DNA of 64,000 nt, from contig CAPRTS010000004.1 of NCBI GenBank assembly GCA_948695535.1, forward strand, positions 37,608-101,607, written 5' to 3'. Below the pieces are notes generated by a model. The model searched no databases, was not told the origin of the DNA, and saw only the letters and a program-made list of their open reading frames with translations. Shown here piece by piece: positions 31,288-42,164 of the stretch. The position numbers and the translations under genes are program-made. Origin of the DNA: an uncultured Eubacteriales bacterium. Lineage in GTDB: Bacteria; Bacillota; Clostridia; Christensenellales; UBA1242. How positions within the stretch are numbered: the first letter of the stretch is position 1; each line of letters begins with the position of its first letter.

Positions 31288-32301
31288 ATGGGACAGAAGT
31301 CAATGGTTTATTTAGTTACTTACGGTTGCAAAGTTAATTACTGGGAAAGCGAAGCCGTCGCGACGCTACTCGACCGCGTGGGCGTCGCTAACCAGATGTT
31401 AAACGACGGGGCGATTGCGCGCGTGCCGGACGGCGACGTTTTCGTCGTTAATTCGTGCGCGGTGACCAGTATGGCCGAAAAAAAATCGCGCTACGGCATC
31501 GCCAAGATTAAAAAGTACCACCCGCACGCGCTTATCGTCACCATGGGTTGTGCACTGGGACGTAAATCGCCAGAACAAGTCGCCACCGCAGTGTGTGCCG
31601 GTTTGGCGGGGGACGGTGTTGACCGTGACGTCGGGGCGCCAACCACCGTGCAACACCGGCGCGAAAAGGCCTTTATCAAGGTGCAAGACGGCTGTCGCAA
31701 CTTTTGTAATTACTGTATCATTCCGTACCGCCGTAACACGCTTGGCCACCGGACGCCGGCCGACGTGGTGGCGGAAATTAACGCCCAAGGGGCGCACGTG
31801 ACGGAAATCGTGCTGTGCGGGATTAACCTGTGTTATTACCCCAATTTTGCGGAATTGTGCCGGGCGGTGGACGCGTGCGGTCGCGCGTGGCGGATCAGCA
31901 GTTTAGAACCGCCCCTGATCACCCCGGAACTGATCGCTACTTGGCGCGCGTGTCGCCATTTCGTGCCGGCGTTCCACATTTGTTTGCAAGCCGGCGACGA
32001 CGGGGTACTGCGGGACATGAACCGCCATTATACCACCGCCGATTACGCCCGGATTATTGACGCTTTGCGCACCGCGTTCCCGGACGGCTCCTTCGCCACC
32101 GACGTGATTGTCGGCTATCCTACCGAAACTGATGACGCGTTTGAACGTACTTATCAATTCTTGCAAAATCTGCGTTTGGACAAATTGCATATCTTTCCGT
32201 TTTCGCCCCGCGCCGGCACGCCGGCCGCCCAATTAAAACCACTGACCAACGCGGTGGTGACCGCCCGCGTCGCACGCCTTGACGAACTTAATCACCGGTA
32301 A
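31288..32301 (+). CDS. mtaB: MiaB/MtaB-family radical-SAM methylthiotransferase lacking the TRAM domain
   Basis: TYGCKVNYWESE N-terminal MTTase motif and the radical-SAM CRNFCNYC. The ORF ends at 337 aa, right after the radical-SAM core. Confidence 0.75.
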   Translation: MGQKSMVYLVTYGCKVNYWESEAVATLLDRVGVANQMLNDGAIARVPDGDVFVVNSCAVTSMAEKKSRYGIAKIKKYHPHALIVTMGCALGRKSPEQVATAVCAGLAGDGVDRDVGAPTTVQHRREKAFIKVQDGCRNFCNYCIIPYRRNTLGHRTPADVVAEINAQGAHVTEIVLCGINLCYYPNFAELCRAVDACGRAWRISSLEPPLITPELIATWRACRHFVPAFHICLQAGDDGVLRDMNRHYTTADYARIIDALRTAFPDGSFATDVIVGYPTETDDAFERTYQFLQNLRLDKLHIFPFSPRAGTPAAQLKPLTNAVVTARVARLDELNHR

Positions 32302-32346
32302 AATCATTTTACATTTTTTTGGCAATGTGATAAATAATATCTGTAT

Positions 32347-35300
32347 ATGGGGGGCAAAAACAAAAGAAGAAAAGCCGCATTGCTGGTGACCGGCCTTTGT
32401 GCCGTCATTTTTGCTGTGGTGGCTTTGGCGTTTTGCTTCAATGATTTTACGTTGTTAACCCGTGAAAAAATCTATGCCGCCGACGTTGATGTCGGTACCG
32501 GTAAAACCAATACGCAAAGCAGTCCCGGTCAGTATACTTTCAAATTCTCCAACGGCGTGGCGGGCGAAACCCCTGTGTATTACGTCGAATTTGCCGGCGC
32601 CAATGGTGGTGGTGGTAAAACATCATCGGCCGGTAGAGGTGCCGTTGTTTACGGTTTCTACAAAGGCACCAGCATGGCCACCAATATCCAAGGTTACCGT
32701 GGTACTGATAAAACCAGCGGTGGTGGCTACACCAAGGTTGTCTTAAATTTTATGAACAAAGACGGCAGTGGTGAAGGTGATTCCTACGCTGCGGGCGGTG
32801 GTGGTGTTGCTGACCCAAAAACTTTTACAATAAGCAATGTGTATAATGGTAAAACTAGTAGTCCATACAGTAAAGAGTTCAACAATGGATACTCTGGCGA
32901 GGTTGGCCATGGTGGTTGGGCTCTAGGCGGGGAACCGGGGTTGGCGGGCCTTGGCGGAACGCATGATCACGCTGGGTATTCGTATATGTCTGGTAATGCC
33001 GGTTCCAGTAATAATGGTGGTAGTAGCGCCACCATTAATAATGGTTTTTCTGGACAAGGCGGTAATGGTTATTTCGGCGGTAGTAGTGGCGGTTATGATA
33101 CATTCGATACCGACTACGATTATGGTGTTACAGACAGCAGTCACTCTACTAGTACCACAACCAAGTACATGACCAATGGTGATATACTAGGTTATACATT
33201 CGGTGGCGGCGCGGGCGGTAGCAGTTCGCCCAATTCATATCCCAAAAATACTCAAGATAATTACTATTATGGTCGGGGCGGCCGAATGAACTATAGCGAT
33301 TACTGGAAAGACTCCGTTAGTACCGGACAAGGGTACGTCAAAGTTATCCGTTTGAACGCCAGCAGTTACCCCAAGGACGTGTCCTTCGTTAATGACAACC
33401 GCAGTCATACCATGCCCGGTGGCACAGTGGTCAGCGATTCGTCGTTTTCCGGTTTCAAAACACGGTTCATTTGGAGTACCGACGGTGGCAAGAATTGGAC
33501 GGATTGGGCGACCACAGCCCCCAGTGCCACCAATGTCGGTATTACCACCGTGCAATGGCGTTACCAAATTTACGGTTTAGATAGTACCAGTTACACCCCG
33601 GCGCAATCCAACGACAAAGGTATTATTCACCAAGGTACGGCAAAGTTAATTATTACCGGTGCTGGTAACGCCGGGACGTTGAATTTTGACGCTGTTAATT
33701 ACACCGGCCAACAACATAAATTTATCACCAATGACCCCACCGGCGCGACCGCCGGTGCCACCGTGCATTACGCGATTACGACCGACGCGGGTGGTTATTA
33801 CACCCGCGAAGAAAGTGGCAAGTTGGCCAAAAACCCGAACGATGGTTTTACGTGGAAGCCGTTGTCCACCATGCGGGGCGAAAATAATTGGCCGGTCAAC
33901 GCCGGTACTTATTACGTGCATTGGTACGTAGTGGCCAGAGCCCCGTCGGGCAACGACCCCGGCAACACCGAATCCAAGGTGAAGTGGACGAAGTTCACCA
34001 TTAACAAAAGTACGCCCACGTTAAGTACGGGCACGTTGAAGGGCACGAATCCAAAATACAACGGGCAAATGCAGGCGTTATTTACCGGGGCGCCGAACGT
34101 TACCGTCAATTATCGCGGTAACAGTTACAACGTCGCGTCGGCAGCCAACATTTTATATAACCTTTCTACCAGCACCGAAAACCCGAACGCGTTATTTACC
34201 CCGACCAGCCAGTTAAGTAAATTGTGCACCGATGCGGTAAGTTTATCGTCGTATTATTTGTGGGCGAAAGCGGATGACAGTGCCAACCTTAACGGTACCG
34301 ACTGGAAATTTATGGGCGAAGTGACCAAGTCGCGCATCCAGAAGGCTACGCTTTACGCGACGGGCTTAAAAGTCAGTGAACCCAACAGTCGCGATTACAA
34401 CGGTCGGTCTTTGCCGTTTATCGCCGGCACGCCGGCCACCAATTTAGAACAATCAATTCCGCTTAATTCGCCGGACATGGGCAAAGTCCAATATTGGCGT
34501 TGGTTTATTGCGGCCGACGAATTGGCCAAAAAAGAGCAGGACCCCAGTTACGAAGTGAAGGTTGACCGCACTTTGTACGGTCTTGATTTCGCGACCGTTA
34601 ACCAAGCCAAGGACGCCGGTACTTACGAATTGGTGGTTACCTGGACGGGCAGTAACAACGTCGAGTCCAGTGACCCGGAAAACAGCACCAATCCCCAAGA
34701 CGGTACGCACATTGGTACTTTCACCATTCGCAAAGCCGACCACAACATCACTTTGGGCAGTGGCTTGACCTTAATTAACGGTCAAACCATTGCCACGGGC
34801 GGGGTGCCGTTGGTGGCGGACGGCCGTTTGGAATGTATCATGGACGGCAACATGGCTACCGAACTTAACGACGTGATTGACGGCACGGCGGACGGCAACT
34901 ACGTCAGTTTCTATTGGAGCCAAGATGGCGTTAACCCGCCGAACTTGGACGTTGCCGCGGTGCAGGACGCGTTCTTAAAGCAAGGGCCGATTGGTGGTGT
35001 TTCCGGTGCGACCAGCATGCAGTTATTGTACAATTACCGCACGCCGTTGGCCGGCACATGGTACTTGTGGATTAAGTTTGACCAGCATCGCAACATCGCG
35101 AAAGACACTTTGGTGCGCTATGATTTCACGGTGGTAGTTAACAACTTGCCCGCGACCAACGTTACTTTGCAGGACGTTAACGGTGGGTTACGCCACAACG
35201 ACGACTTGCCGTTCGATGCGCGTTACCACCAAATTGCCACGGGTGATTTCTTGTACGCCGAAGATTTTATCAAGATTGACGAAAACGATGTCGAATACAA

Positions 35301-38300
35301 CATTTTCGATCTCAGTGCGAACGCTTTAATCCGCGACTGGACGAAAGATAAAACCCAATTACAGGTCGATACTTTCGGCAGTTACTTCTTGACCGTGCGT
35401 TGGGGTTATACCACGGACGAAAATGGCGACAATTACTACCACGAAAATGTGGACATTACCGACGAAGCCGGTATCCGTTTGTACTACTTGGATCGACCGT
35501 TCAAAATTACGACCAAAACCAACTTCGACGATTTGACTTTTGGTGGCTTACCGAGTACGGCTCCGGCGGAGCAACCGCACATGTACGATAACACGGCGGT
35601 ACGTTATTCGGCCGCCCCGGAAACTGCGTTACAGTTCTTTATTGACTACGACGCGGAAAAACGCCCGGATCCTTTGGCAAAAAAATACGCGGACTGCTTC
35701 GACATTATTACTTTCGGCTTGTCGTTGGACGCTAACGTAATGCCGACCGTATATTCGGCTACCATTCCCGAAGCTACGGACGTCGGTGATTACTACTTGT
35801 TCGTCAGTTGGACCGGCGACAAAGCGAACGTTAAAAACGGTTTGAAAATTTACAATCCGGACGAATACTTATCAATCATTAAGGCGACCAAGGAGCAAAT
35901 TAAAATCGACAATATCCAAGCGTTAAGTGCCGCCGACCGTACCTATACCGGCTCGCAAATCCCGTTGTTTGGCTTTGTCGACGATTCGGGCTTGCCGTTG
36001 TTCTCGGTCTTGAATTCAATGCAACCGGAAATCTCGGGCGGGGAAGGGGCTGAGCCAATTAAAAATTACAAAACGTTCAACTTGTATGGTGGTATTATTA
36101 AGTACGCTTTGACGTCAACCGACGAGGCACCGGCACCGACCGACAGCCAATGGGTGGCAACCTTGGCGGAGGCTACCCAGTTAAGGGTGGCTTGGAAGGT
36201 TAATACCAGTCATGACTCGGTAGACAATATTGCTCCGTATTATTTGTACGTGATGATTCAAGGTGACCGTAACGTTGAAGATTCTATTTACCACCAAGGT
36301 CAAGATTGGGAAACCACGATGAATTTGCAAGAAGCCTACGTCGATGACGACAAACCGCCGCGACCGTACCCCAATTTGTCTTACATCGCGGGTACTTCGC
36401 AAGTCTTGATTCGTAACAGTCTGCAAGAATCGGAAGCTGTTGATGGCATAAAACCGCCCGTAGAATACATGTTGTACTCGCCCGGTGGCGAACAAAAATG
36501 GGTGCGCAATACGGAGAATGTTGAAGGTGGACCTAACATGGCGAACACCATTAAGGCCGCTGACCCGGGAACTTATTATATCTTCTACCGCGGTGGTCAC
36601 GACGACAACCACAGTGTGGAACAACCCGAAGTAATCGCGGCTGGGCAAATCGGTAAAAAAGATACCAGTGGTTTGGGCGTTGGTTACAAATACGTTGTGG
36701 TGCAAATTCAGCCCGCTACCGCCAGCATCTCCGTTGTCCCCAGCAGTGCTAATATGGTCTACAACGGGCGTGAGCAATTATTCTTTAACCAAGGCTATGG
36801 TAAGATTGAAGGTGACGACCGTTTGAATTTAGTTTACGCGGTTTTTGACCACGTTGTTACGCCCAGCGAGTTGAATGCTCTGTTAAATCTCAACGAAAAA
36901 GATGAAAACGCGGTAACTAACCAAGATTTTTATACCCGTTTCGATGAATACTTAACCAAAAGTAATACGTTCGCACTGTATACTGAACCCGAAAAACTAA
37001 AGCGAACCAACGCTGGTACTTACACCATATATTACCGTGCCGACACAGTCCATGGTATTGGTGAGAACCCATTACAATCAGTGCAAATTGATATTGCTCG
37101 TACGCGCATCAATGCTAAACGTTTGGATTATTTGGAAACGGCAGATACGCCTAACCAAGAAAATTCTAAATTCTACAAGGCTGATGATTACGCTTTGTTG
37201 CGCACGCCTTTGGTTTTCGGCTTTAATGGTACGGACGGCTTGGGCACCGAAGGCCCCGACTACGCCTTGACCAATGAAGAGAAATATTGGAACACGGTCG
37301 GTAAAATCGGCGATATTGAATACGGTGTGGCTAAGGCACGTACGGGGGCTGGCGTTCCCGAAACTCCGACGACAATTGTCGGCAACTATCTTGATTTAAC
37401 GGCACGCGAAGCGGGTAGGTATTACTTATACTATCGCGTTTGGGCGGGGGATAACCATTTAGGCTCCGGCGGTAAAGACCGTGGTGAAGTACCGACTTGG
37501 ATATGCTTCAACGAAAAGCAACCAGTTTATATTTTGCGGGCAGACAGTTCTGTCGTCGATTTATCGTGGTCGACTGACAATTTCGGGCCGATCATGCGTT
37601 ACAATGGTCAACAACGAACGGTCGTAACGCAAGGTGATGTCGTGTTAAAAATCGGGGATTACGTGGTTACAGACACGATCGGTAAGGTGCAGTACGCATT
37701 AACTTCTTCAACGAACAGTCCCGGTGAAATTTCGGACGAATGGAAAGACACTTATTTGGCCGCCACCAAAGAAGACGCGGGTGAGTACTATTTGCACGTC
37801 AAAATAGATCAAAGCGACAATTTAACGCAGTTAATTGGTTGTGTTAACCCGTTTAATCCGGCCATCTTGGGTAAAGCTATTGCCGAAGATTTAGGCATTA
37901 CGGGCATCACGCTTTACGACCAAATGTACAACGGCGGCTGGCTGAATTTGGCGGTTGGTAACTTGCAGGTCAATACAATTGCCAATGTTGGCAACAAACA
38001 AATGGTAATTAAAGCGAACATTTTGCCGGAAGTAACCGGGTACTTCCAATACATGGCTACGCAAAACGAACCATCGGCTAACTGGCCAACTGAACAAGGG
38101 CTGGAACACGCTACGTGTCGTGAAGTTGGTAGTTATTATTTATATGTAAAAATTCCGGCCACCGATAAAACTGAAGAAGTAGTACTATTGGTTAACGCCG
38201 ATCCCGTCAAGATTACGCCCGCTAACGAGGACAACATCTATATTGTTAACCCCAATTTATCCGAGGCGGTTGAGTATAATGGTTGCCCGCACCGTATGAT

Positions 38301-41300
38301 TTTAGGTGAAGCTAATTTGGCTTTACGTAGTGGTAATGACTTGTCGGGTATCCGTGGTAAGGCGTGGTATTACCTGAAAAAGAATGACAGTACTTTGCCC
38401 AGTGTTAATGTCGACCTTGAACAATCAGCTTGGACACAATCCTATCAACAAATTACAGCGACTGACCGGGGCATCTATTATGTTTTTGTGATGTTCACGG
38501 AAGGTACCAACCACACCGCCTTGAAACCCATATTGGCTGGGCAAGTGGAAATTACCAAGGCAGGGGCAAGTACTTTGTTGCTGTCGGGAATTCGTTATGA
38601 AGATGACGTAACTTATAATGGTCGCGGGCAACCAATTGCCAGTGGTGAATTGGTCTTGAAAATTGATATGGGTAGTGAATTGGTTACCGCGACGGGAGCA
38701 GGTACTGTGCGTTACGCTTGGGGTAATAGTAATAAATTGGCGCCTAATTTTGCCGATGAAGATTGGGTAACCGATTTGTCGCAACTGACGGCAATTAATG
38801 CAGGAGAATATTACCTTTGGGTTTGGGTTGAAGGTGGCGACAATATAGCATCTTTCCGTGCTTGTCTGGAACACGATGATCATGACCAACCGCGTCAGTA
38901 CCGCTTGATTAAACAAGCAGGGGCGGATAAAGTTGACTTGTCTGGTATTGTACAATACGCTCCGCATTTGGTTTATTCGGGACTTCCACAACAGTTGGCA
39001 ACTGGTAAATTAGTGCAAAAGATTAATAATATTGAAGTTACCAGTGGTTACATTGCTTATGGTTTAGGTTCAGGGCCTAACAAAGGGCAAGAGCCAACTA
39101 ATTGGGTTAATTCATTAAGTTTAATCACGGCTACTGAGGCGACGGCTGATAGTGAATACTATTACATTTGGGTACGCATTGACGAAAGTGCTAATATTGC
39201 TACTAAAACTAAATGCGTTTTACAGGTTAAAATCGACCGAGCTAAGGCCGAGGTGACAGATATCGCTGGTGCAGAAAATTTGTTTTATTATCAAGGCGAT
39301 CAACGTTTATTGGCCTCCCCGGGTAAAGCGAATTTCGGAGAAGTAGTTTACCGCTTGACTGATGGGGGAAATGTTTATGATGCCAGTGATTGGTTGACCG
39401 ATTGGCGTGACGTGGTTGGGCAAAACGCGGGTTGGTATACTGTTTTCTATGCAGTCATTGATAACCCGAATTGGGAATATTACAGCAACAACTTACGTGT
39501 TTATATCCAACGATCTACGGCTACCTTTATTGATAAGCCATTGGCCAAAGAATACTTGGTTTATAACGAACAAGCACAAGATTTACTTGATTTTGGTAAA
39601 TTATTGCCCGAGGCCGCAGCACAGGGATGTCGCATAAAATTTAGTTATGAAGGCGATGACCATTGGTACGAATATTACGATAGCAACCGTGCTACTGATG
39701 AAAAAGATGCCCATTACGTTTGGGGAGAAAGCGGTAAACTACCGGGACGTACGGCCGCCGGCACCTACACCATTCAGTATTACACTACGGGCAGTGATAG
39801 TACCAACAACTATGTAGACGAATATTCGGAAGAGGGCGGTTGGCAGTTGCACACTTTGGTTATTGAAATTAAACGACGCGAAATCATTTGGTTGTCACGT
39901 CCCACGGCACGTTACGGCTTAAAAAATACTGGCGAAAGTCAAGAATTATTGTCGGCGGGGATGTTATCGGCCGAAGGTGGTGATGGTGCAACAATCCAGT
40001 ACACTATCAACAAAGATGGTGCGTGGGAAACTAATATTCCCACGGGGCATGGTGAAAAAATCTTCTATTGTTGGTACCAAGTTCGTTTCAAACCGGATAA
40101 TAATTATTTTATTGATAACGATGAGTTGTACGATGCGGATCAAGTCGCTGACGATGGTTATGTATATACTAGGCCACAAGTTATACAAGTGCTGATGCAG
40201 AAATTGGCATTCTCTTTCCGTGGCGACGAACCAACCAGCACAACGGTCACTTATAATGCTACTAATCAAGTTTTGGTGCAAGGCGGTGAACTGTCAACTT
40301 CGGAAACCGACGTCAATGGTGTTTACGTTAATTACCGTATAAATGGTGGTACTTGGTTAGGCGAAGGTGCTTTGCCAACAGCAGCCAAAATTGGTACTTA
40401 CGAAATTGAATGGGAACTTATATTTGACGAAAATATTTTTGAATACACCGGTAATAATCGGGCTGGTAAATTTACCTCCACTATTGTGCCGGCAGTTATT
40501 GCCGGAAACGAAATTCGTGCAATAATTACCATTGATGAAGATAATAATTATAATATTGGTTTTGACCAAGGCAGTTATTCTAATGAGTTTGGTTTGGAAT
40601 TAAATGAAGTAATTCAGTATCGTTTCCGTCGCCGAGACCAATATTTCACCAACGACGCTTGGCATTTGTGGAATGATAAAGAATTTGGCTTTGATAAAAA
40701 TAAAATTGGTACTTACGAAATTCAAGCCTTCATTGACCCCGAAGCGGGAAGCAACTTCACTGCTTATGAGCAAACGGAACCTTTTGAAACCTTTACCATT
40801 GCTAAGGATTTGCTGGTTAATATTGATATCCGCGATAAGAGTAATCCGCCGTTATTACGCGTGTGGGTTGATTTGACTGGCAATATGGGATATGCAGATT
40901 CGCCATTCAAAACCGAATATAACCCGTTGGATAAGGATAGCGTCGTATTGTACGGCGTTAATTCACCGGGAAATGGTGGACAAGGGGTGATTCGCGTACA
41001 GTGCTATAACGAGTATTATTACTATTTGTCGGATACTTTAGTTAGCGATGACCAAAAAACCAACCGCGAATCCGGTATCAAATTAACTGCGGAAAATACT
41101 CAACAAGCAACGTTAATGCTTAATCCGGGATTGGATGCCATGAATAATAATTATACAGCTTTTATATACGAGGTTTATAAAATCTCTTATGATGCCAATG
41201 GTGGCCGTGGTAGTTTACCTGATGCTTGGAAATGGCATTCTGTACCGTACGAATTGGCGGAAAATAACTTTGACCGCGATGGTTTAATTCCTGATGGTTG

Positions 41301-42120
41301 GAGCAAGTATTCCAGTGGCTCGGGGGAACGTTTCCGTAATGGTAACATGTATTACCACGATAATTTGTCGCAAGTGTTCTACGCACAATACGTGGAGGAA
41401 AACAAGAAAACAGTGTTGATCCGTTGGAAAGTCGGAAATTATGAAATCAGTTCAACGGGTGACTGGTTTAATGCGGAGCAAGAACCAGAACGTGGTAAGG
41501 GTATGACTTACTACTTGAATGAACCAATTTATTTGCCAGATATTTCAGGGCTTCCGGATACGGCAACTTCTGGTTTCCACATCCGGGGTTGGCTCTTTGA
41601 AGGAGAAGACACCGGCTATTTCTGGGGCTGTGTTGCTAATCGGGAAAACTGTGAAGAAATAGTTTTTGTGGCGGATTTGAACAGTAATGGTGATGATTAT
41701 ATCAGTGTCGTTTTCACCAGCGAAGGTAGTCCGGTACACGCGAACGTAATGATTGCTAATGGGGCACAAAGTTACATGGCCTTATCAGGGGTGACGGCCA
41801 GCGATTTCCAAAAATACAATTACCAAAAATTTGTTGATGAATATGACGTAAGTGCAAATGGCCCCATCATTGTGGGTGACAATGATCGTGCCATTACCTA
41901 TGAACTTGGTGCCGCAAAAGAGCCGGAAAAACCACCCGTTATTGAAAAACCCGAGCCTAAACCTGTAAATGACGATAATGCTGGCAGCACGGTTACGATG
42001 GTAATACTAATGGTTGTCGGCTTGCTGATTGCGGCAGTGGCTTTGACTGTTTATCTGTTGTTGCGTAACGGTAAATTAAAAATTAAATTAAAAAGGTTGA
42101 AAGAAGATAAAACCGTATAA
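32347..42120 (+). CDS. giant (3257 aa) membrane-anchored surface repeat protein / putative adhesin
   Basis: N-terminal signal-anchor (KRRKAALLVTGLCAVIFAVVALAF) and a Gly-rich region. About 20 modules each pair Y-[NST]-G... with [AV]G-x-Y-Y-[LIV]-x-[VWY] (MBG-domain-like). One Flg_new/InlB-B-type repeat (YKISYDANGG...GW). C-terminal TM plus KLKIKLKRLKEDK. Confidence 0.85.
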   Translation: MGGKNKRRKAALLVTGLCAVIFAVVALAFCFNDFTLLTREKIYAADVDVGTGKTNTQSSPGQYTFKFSNGVAGETPVYYVEFAGANGGGGKTSSAGRGAVVYGFYKGTSMATNIQGYRGTDKTSGGGYTKVVLNFMNKDGSGEGDSYAAGGGGVADPKTFTISNVYNGKTSSPYSKEFNNGYSGEVGHGGWALGGEPGLAGLGGTHDHAGYSYMSGNAGSSNNGGSSATINNGFSGQGGNGYFGGSSGGYDTFDTDYDYGVTDSSHSTSTTTKYMTNGDILGYTFGGGAGGSSSPNSYPKNTQDNYYYGRGGRMNYSDYWKDSVSTGQGYVKVIRLNASSYPKDVSFVNDNRSHTMPGGTVVSDSSFSGFKTRFIWSTDGGKNWTDWATTAPSATNVGITTVQWRYQIYGLDSTSYTPAQSNDKGIIHQGTAKLIITGAGNAGTLNFDAVNYTGQQHKFITNDPTGATAGATVHYAITTDAGGYYTREESGKLAKNPNDGFTWKPLSTMRGENNWPVNAGTYYVHWYVVARAPSGNDPGNTESKVKWTKFTINKSTPTLSTGTLKGTNPKYNGQMQALFTGAPNVTVNYRGNSYNVASAANILYNLSTSTENPNALFTPTSQLSKLCTDAVSLSSYYLWAKADDSANLNGTDWKFMGEVTKSRIQKATLYATGLKVSEPNSRDYNGRSLPFIAGTPATNLEQSIPLNSPDMGKVQYWRWFIAADELAKKEQDPSYEVKVDRTLYGLDFATVNQAKDAGTYELVVTWTGSNNVESSDPENSTNPQDGTHIGTFTIRKADHNITLGSGLTLINGQTIATGGVPLVADGRLECIMDGNMATELNDVIDGTADGNYVSFYWSQDGVNPPNLDVAAVQDAFLKQGPIGGVSGATSMQLLYNYRTPLAGTWYLWIKFDQHRNIAKDTLVRYDFTVVVNNLPATNVTLQDVNGGLRHNDDLPFDARYHQIATGDFLYAEDFIKIDENDVEYNIFDLSANALIRDWTKDKTQLQVDTFGSYFLTVRWGYTTDENGDNYYHENVDITDEAGIRLYYLDRPFKITTKTNFDDLTFGGLPSTAPAEQPHMYDNTAVRYSAAPETALQFFIDYDAEKRPDPLAKKYADCFDIITFGLSLDANVMPTVYSATIPEATDVGDYYLFVSWTGDKANVKNGLKIYNPDEYLSIIKATKEQIKIDNIQALSAADRTYTGSQIPLFGFVDDSGLPLFSVLNSMQPEISGGEGAEPIKNYKTFNLYGGIIKYALTSTDEAPAPTDSQWVATLAEATQLRVAWKVNTSHDSVDNIAPYYLYVMIQGDRNVEDSIYHQGQDWETTMNLQEAYVDDDKPPRPYPNLSYIAGTSQVLIRNSLQESEAVDGIKPPVEYMLYSPGGEQKWVRNTENVEGGPNMANTIKAADPGTYYIFYRGGHDDNHSVEQPEVIAAGQIGKKDTSGLGVGYKYVVVQIQPATASISVVPSSANMVYNGREQLFFNQGYGKIEGDDRLNLVYAVFDHVVTPSELNALLNLNEKDENAVTNQDFYTRFDEYLTKSNTFALYTEPEKLKRTNAGTYTIYYRADTVHGIGENPLQSVQIDIARTRINAKRLDYLETADTPNQENSKFYKADDYALLRTPLVFGFNGTDGLGTEGPDYALTNEEKYWNTVGKIGDIEYGVAKARTGAGVPETPTTIVGNYLDLTAREAGRYYLYYRVWAGDNHLGSGGKDRGEVPTWICFNEKQPVYILRADSSVVDLSWSTDNFGPIMRYNGQQRTVVTQGDVVLKIGDYVVTDTIGKVQYALTSSTNSPGEISDEWKDTYLAATKEDAGEYYLHVKIDQSDNLTQLIGCVNPFNPAILGKAIAEDLGITGITLYDQMYNGGWLNLAVGNLQVNTIANVGNKQMVIKANILPEVTGYFQYMATQNEPSANWPTEQGLEHATCREVGSYYLYVKIPATDKTEEVVLLVNADPVKITPANEDNIYIVNPNLSEAVEYNGCPHRMILGEANLALRSGNDLSGIRGKAWYYLKKNDSTLPSVNVDLEQSAWTQSYQQITATDRGIYYVFVMFTEGTNHTALKPILAGQVEITKAGASTLLLSGIRYEDDVTYNGRGQPIASGELVLKIDMGSELVTATGAGTVRYAWGNSNKLAPNFADEDWVTDLSQLTAINAGEYYLWVWVEGGDNIASFRACLEHDDHDQPRQYRLIKQAGADKVDLSGIVQYAPHLVYSGLPQQLATGKLVQKINNIEVTSGYIAYGLGSGPNKGQEPTNWVNSLSLITATEATADSEYYYIWVRIDESANIATKTKCVLQVKIDRAKAEVTDIAGAENLFYYQGDQRLLASPGKANFGEVVYRLTDGGNVYDASDWLTDWRDVVGQNAGWYTVFYAVIDNPNWEYYSNNLRVYIQRSTATFIDKPLAKEYLVYNEQAQDLLDFGKLLPEAAAQGCRIKFSYEGDDHWYEYYDSNRATDEKDAHYVWGESGKLPGRTAAGTYTIQYYTTGSDSTNNYVDEYSEEGGWQLHTLVIEIKRREIIWLSRPTARYGLKNTGESQELLSAGMLSAEGGDGATIQYTINKDGAWETNIPTGHGEKIFYCWYQVRFKPDNNYFIDNDELYDADQVADDGYVYTRPQVIQVLMQKLAFSFRGDEPTSTTVTYNATNQVLVQGGELSTSETDVNGVYVNYRINGGTWLGEGALPTAAKIGTYEIEWELIFDENIFEYTGNNRAGKFTSTIVPAVIAGNEIRAIITIDEDNNYNIGFDQGSYSNEFGLELNEVIQYRFRRRDQYFTNDAWHLWNDKEFGFDKNKIGTYEIQAFIDPEAGSNFTAYEQTEPFETFTIAKDLLVNIDIRDKSNPPLLRVWVDLTGNMGYADSPFKTEYNPLDKDSVVLYGVNSPGNGGQGVIRVQCYNEYYYYLSDTLVSDDQKTNRESGIKLTAENTQQATLMLNPGLDAMNNNYTAFIYEVYKISYDANGGRGSLPDAWKWHSVPYELAENNFDRDGLIPDGWSKYSSGSGERFRNGNMYYHDNLSQVFYAQYVEENKKTVLIRWKVGNYEISSTGDWFNAEQEPERGKGMTYYLNEPIYLPDISGLPDTATSGFHIRGWLFEGEDTGYFWGCVANRENCEEIVFVADLNSNGDDYISVVFTSEGSPVHANVMIANGAQSYMALSGVTASDFQKYNYQKFVDEYDVSANGPIIVGDNDRAITYELGAAKEPEKPPVIEKPEPKPVNDDNAGSTVTMVILMVVGLLIAAVALTVYLLLRNGKLKIKLKRLKEDKTV

Positions 42121-42127
42121 ATAGTAA

Positions 42128-42156
42128 TTGACAAATAGCGCATTTGTCATTATAAT
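42128..42156 (+). promoter_or_regulatory. perfect-consensus promoter TTGACA-N17-TATAAT with embedded 8-5-8 palindrome, 8 nt before the rplM ATG
   Basis: Read directly. TGACAAAT-AGCGC-ATTTGTCA spans 42129-42149. Confidence 0.65.
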
Positions 42157-42164
42157 TAACAAAT

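Noticed and set aside
31288-32301. mtaB looked GC-rich enough to be a horizontally acquired gene
   Set aside because: Other core genes in the window (tgt, galU, rny, lepA) look similarly GC-rich by eye. No mobility genes or repeats flank it. Composition alone is not evidence here, and I did not compute GC values.
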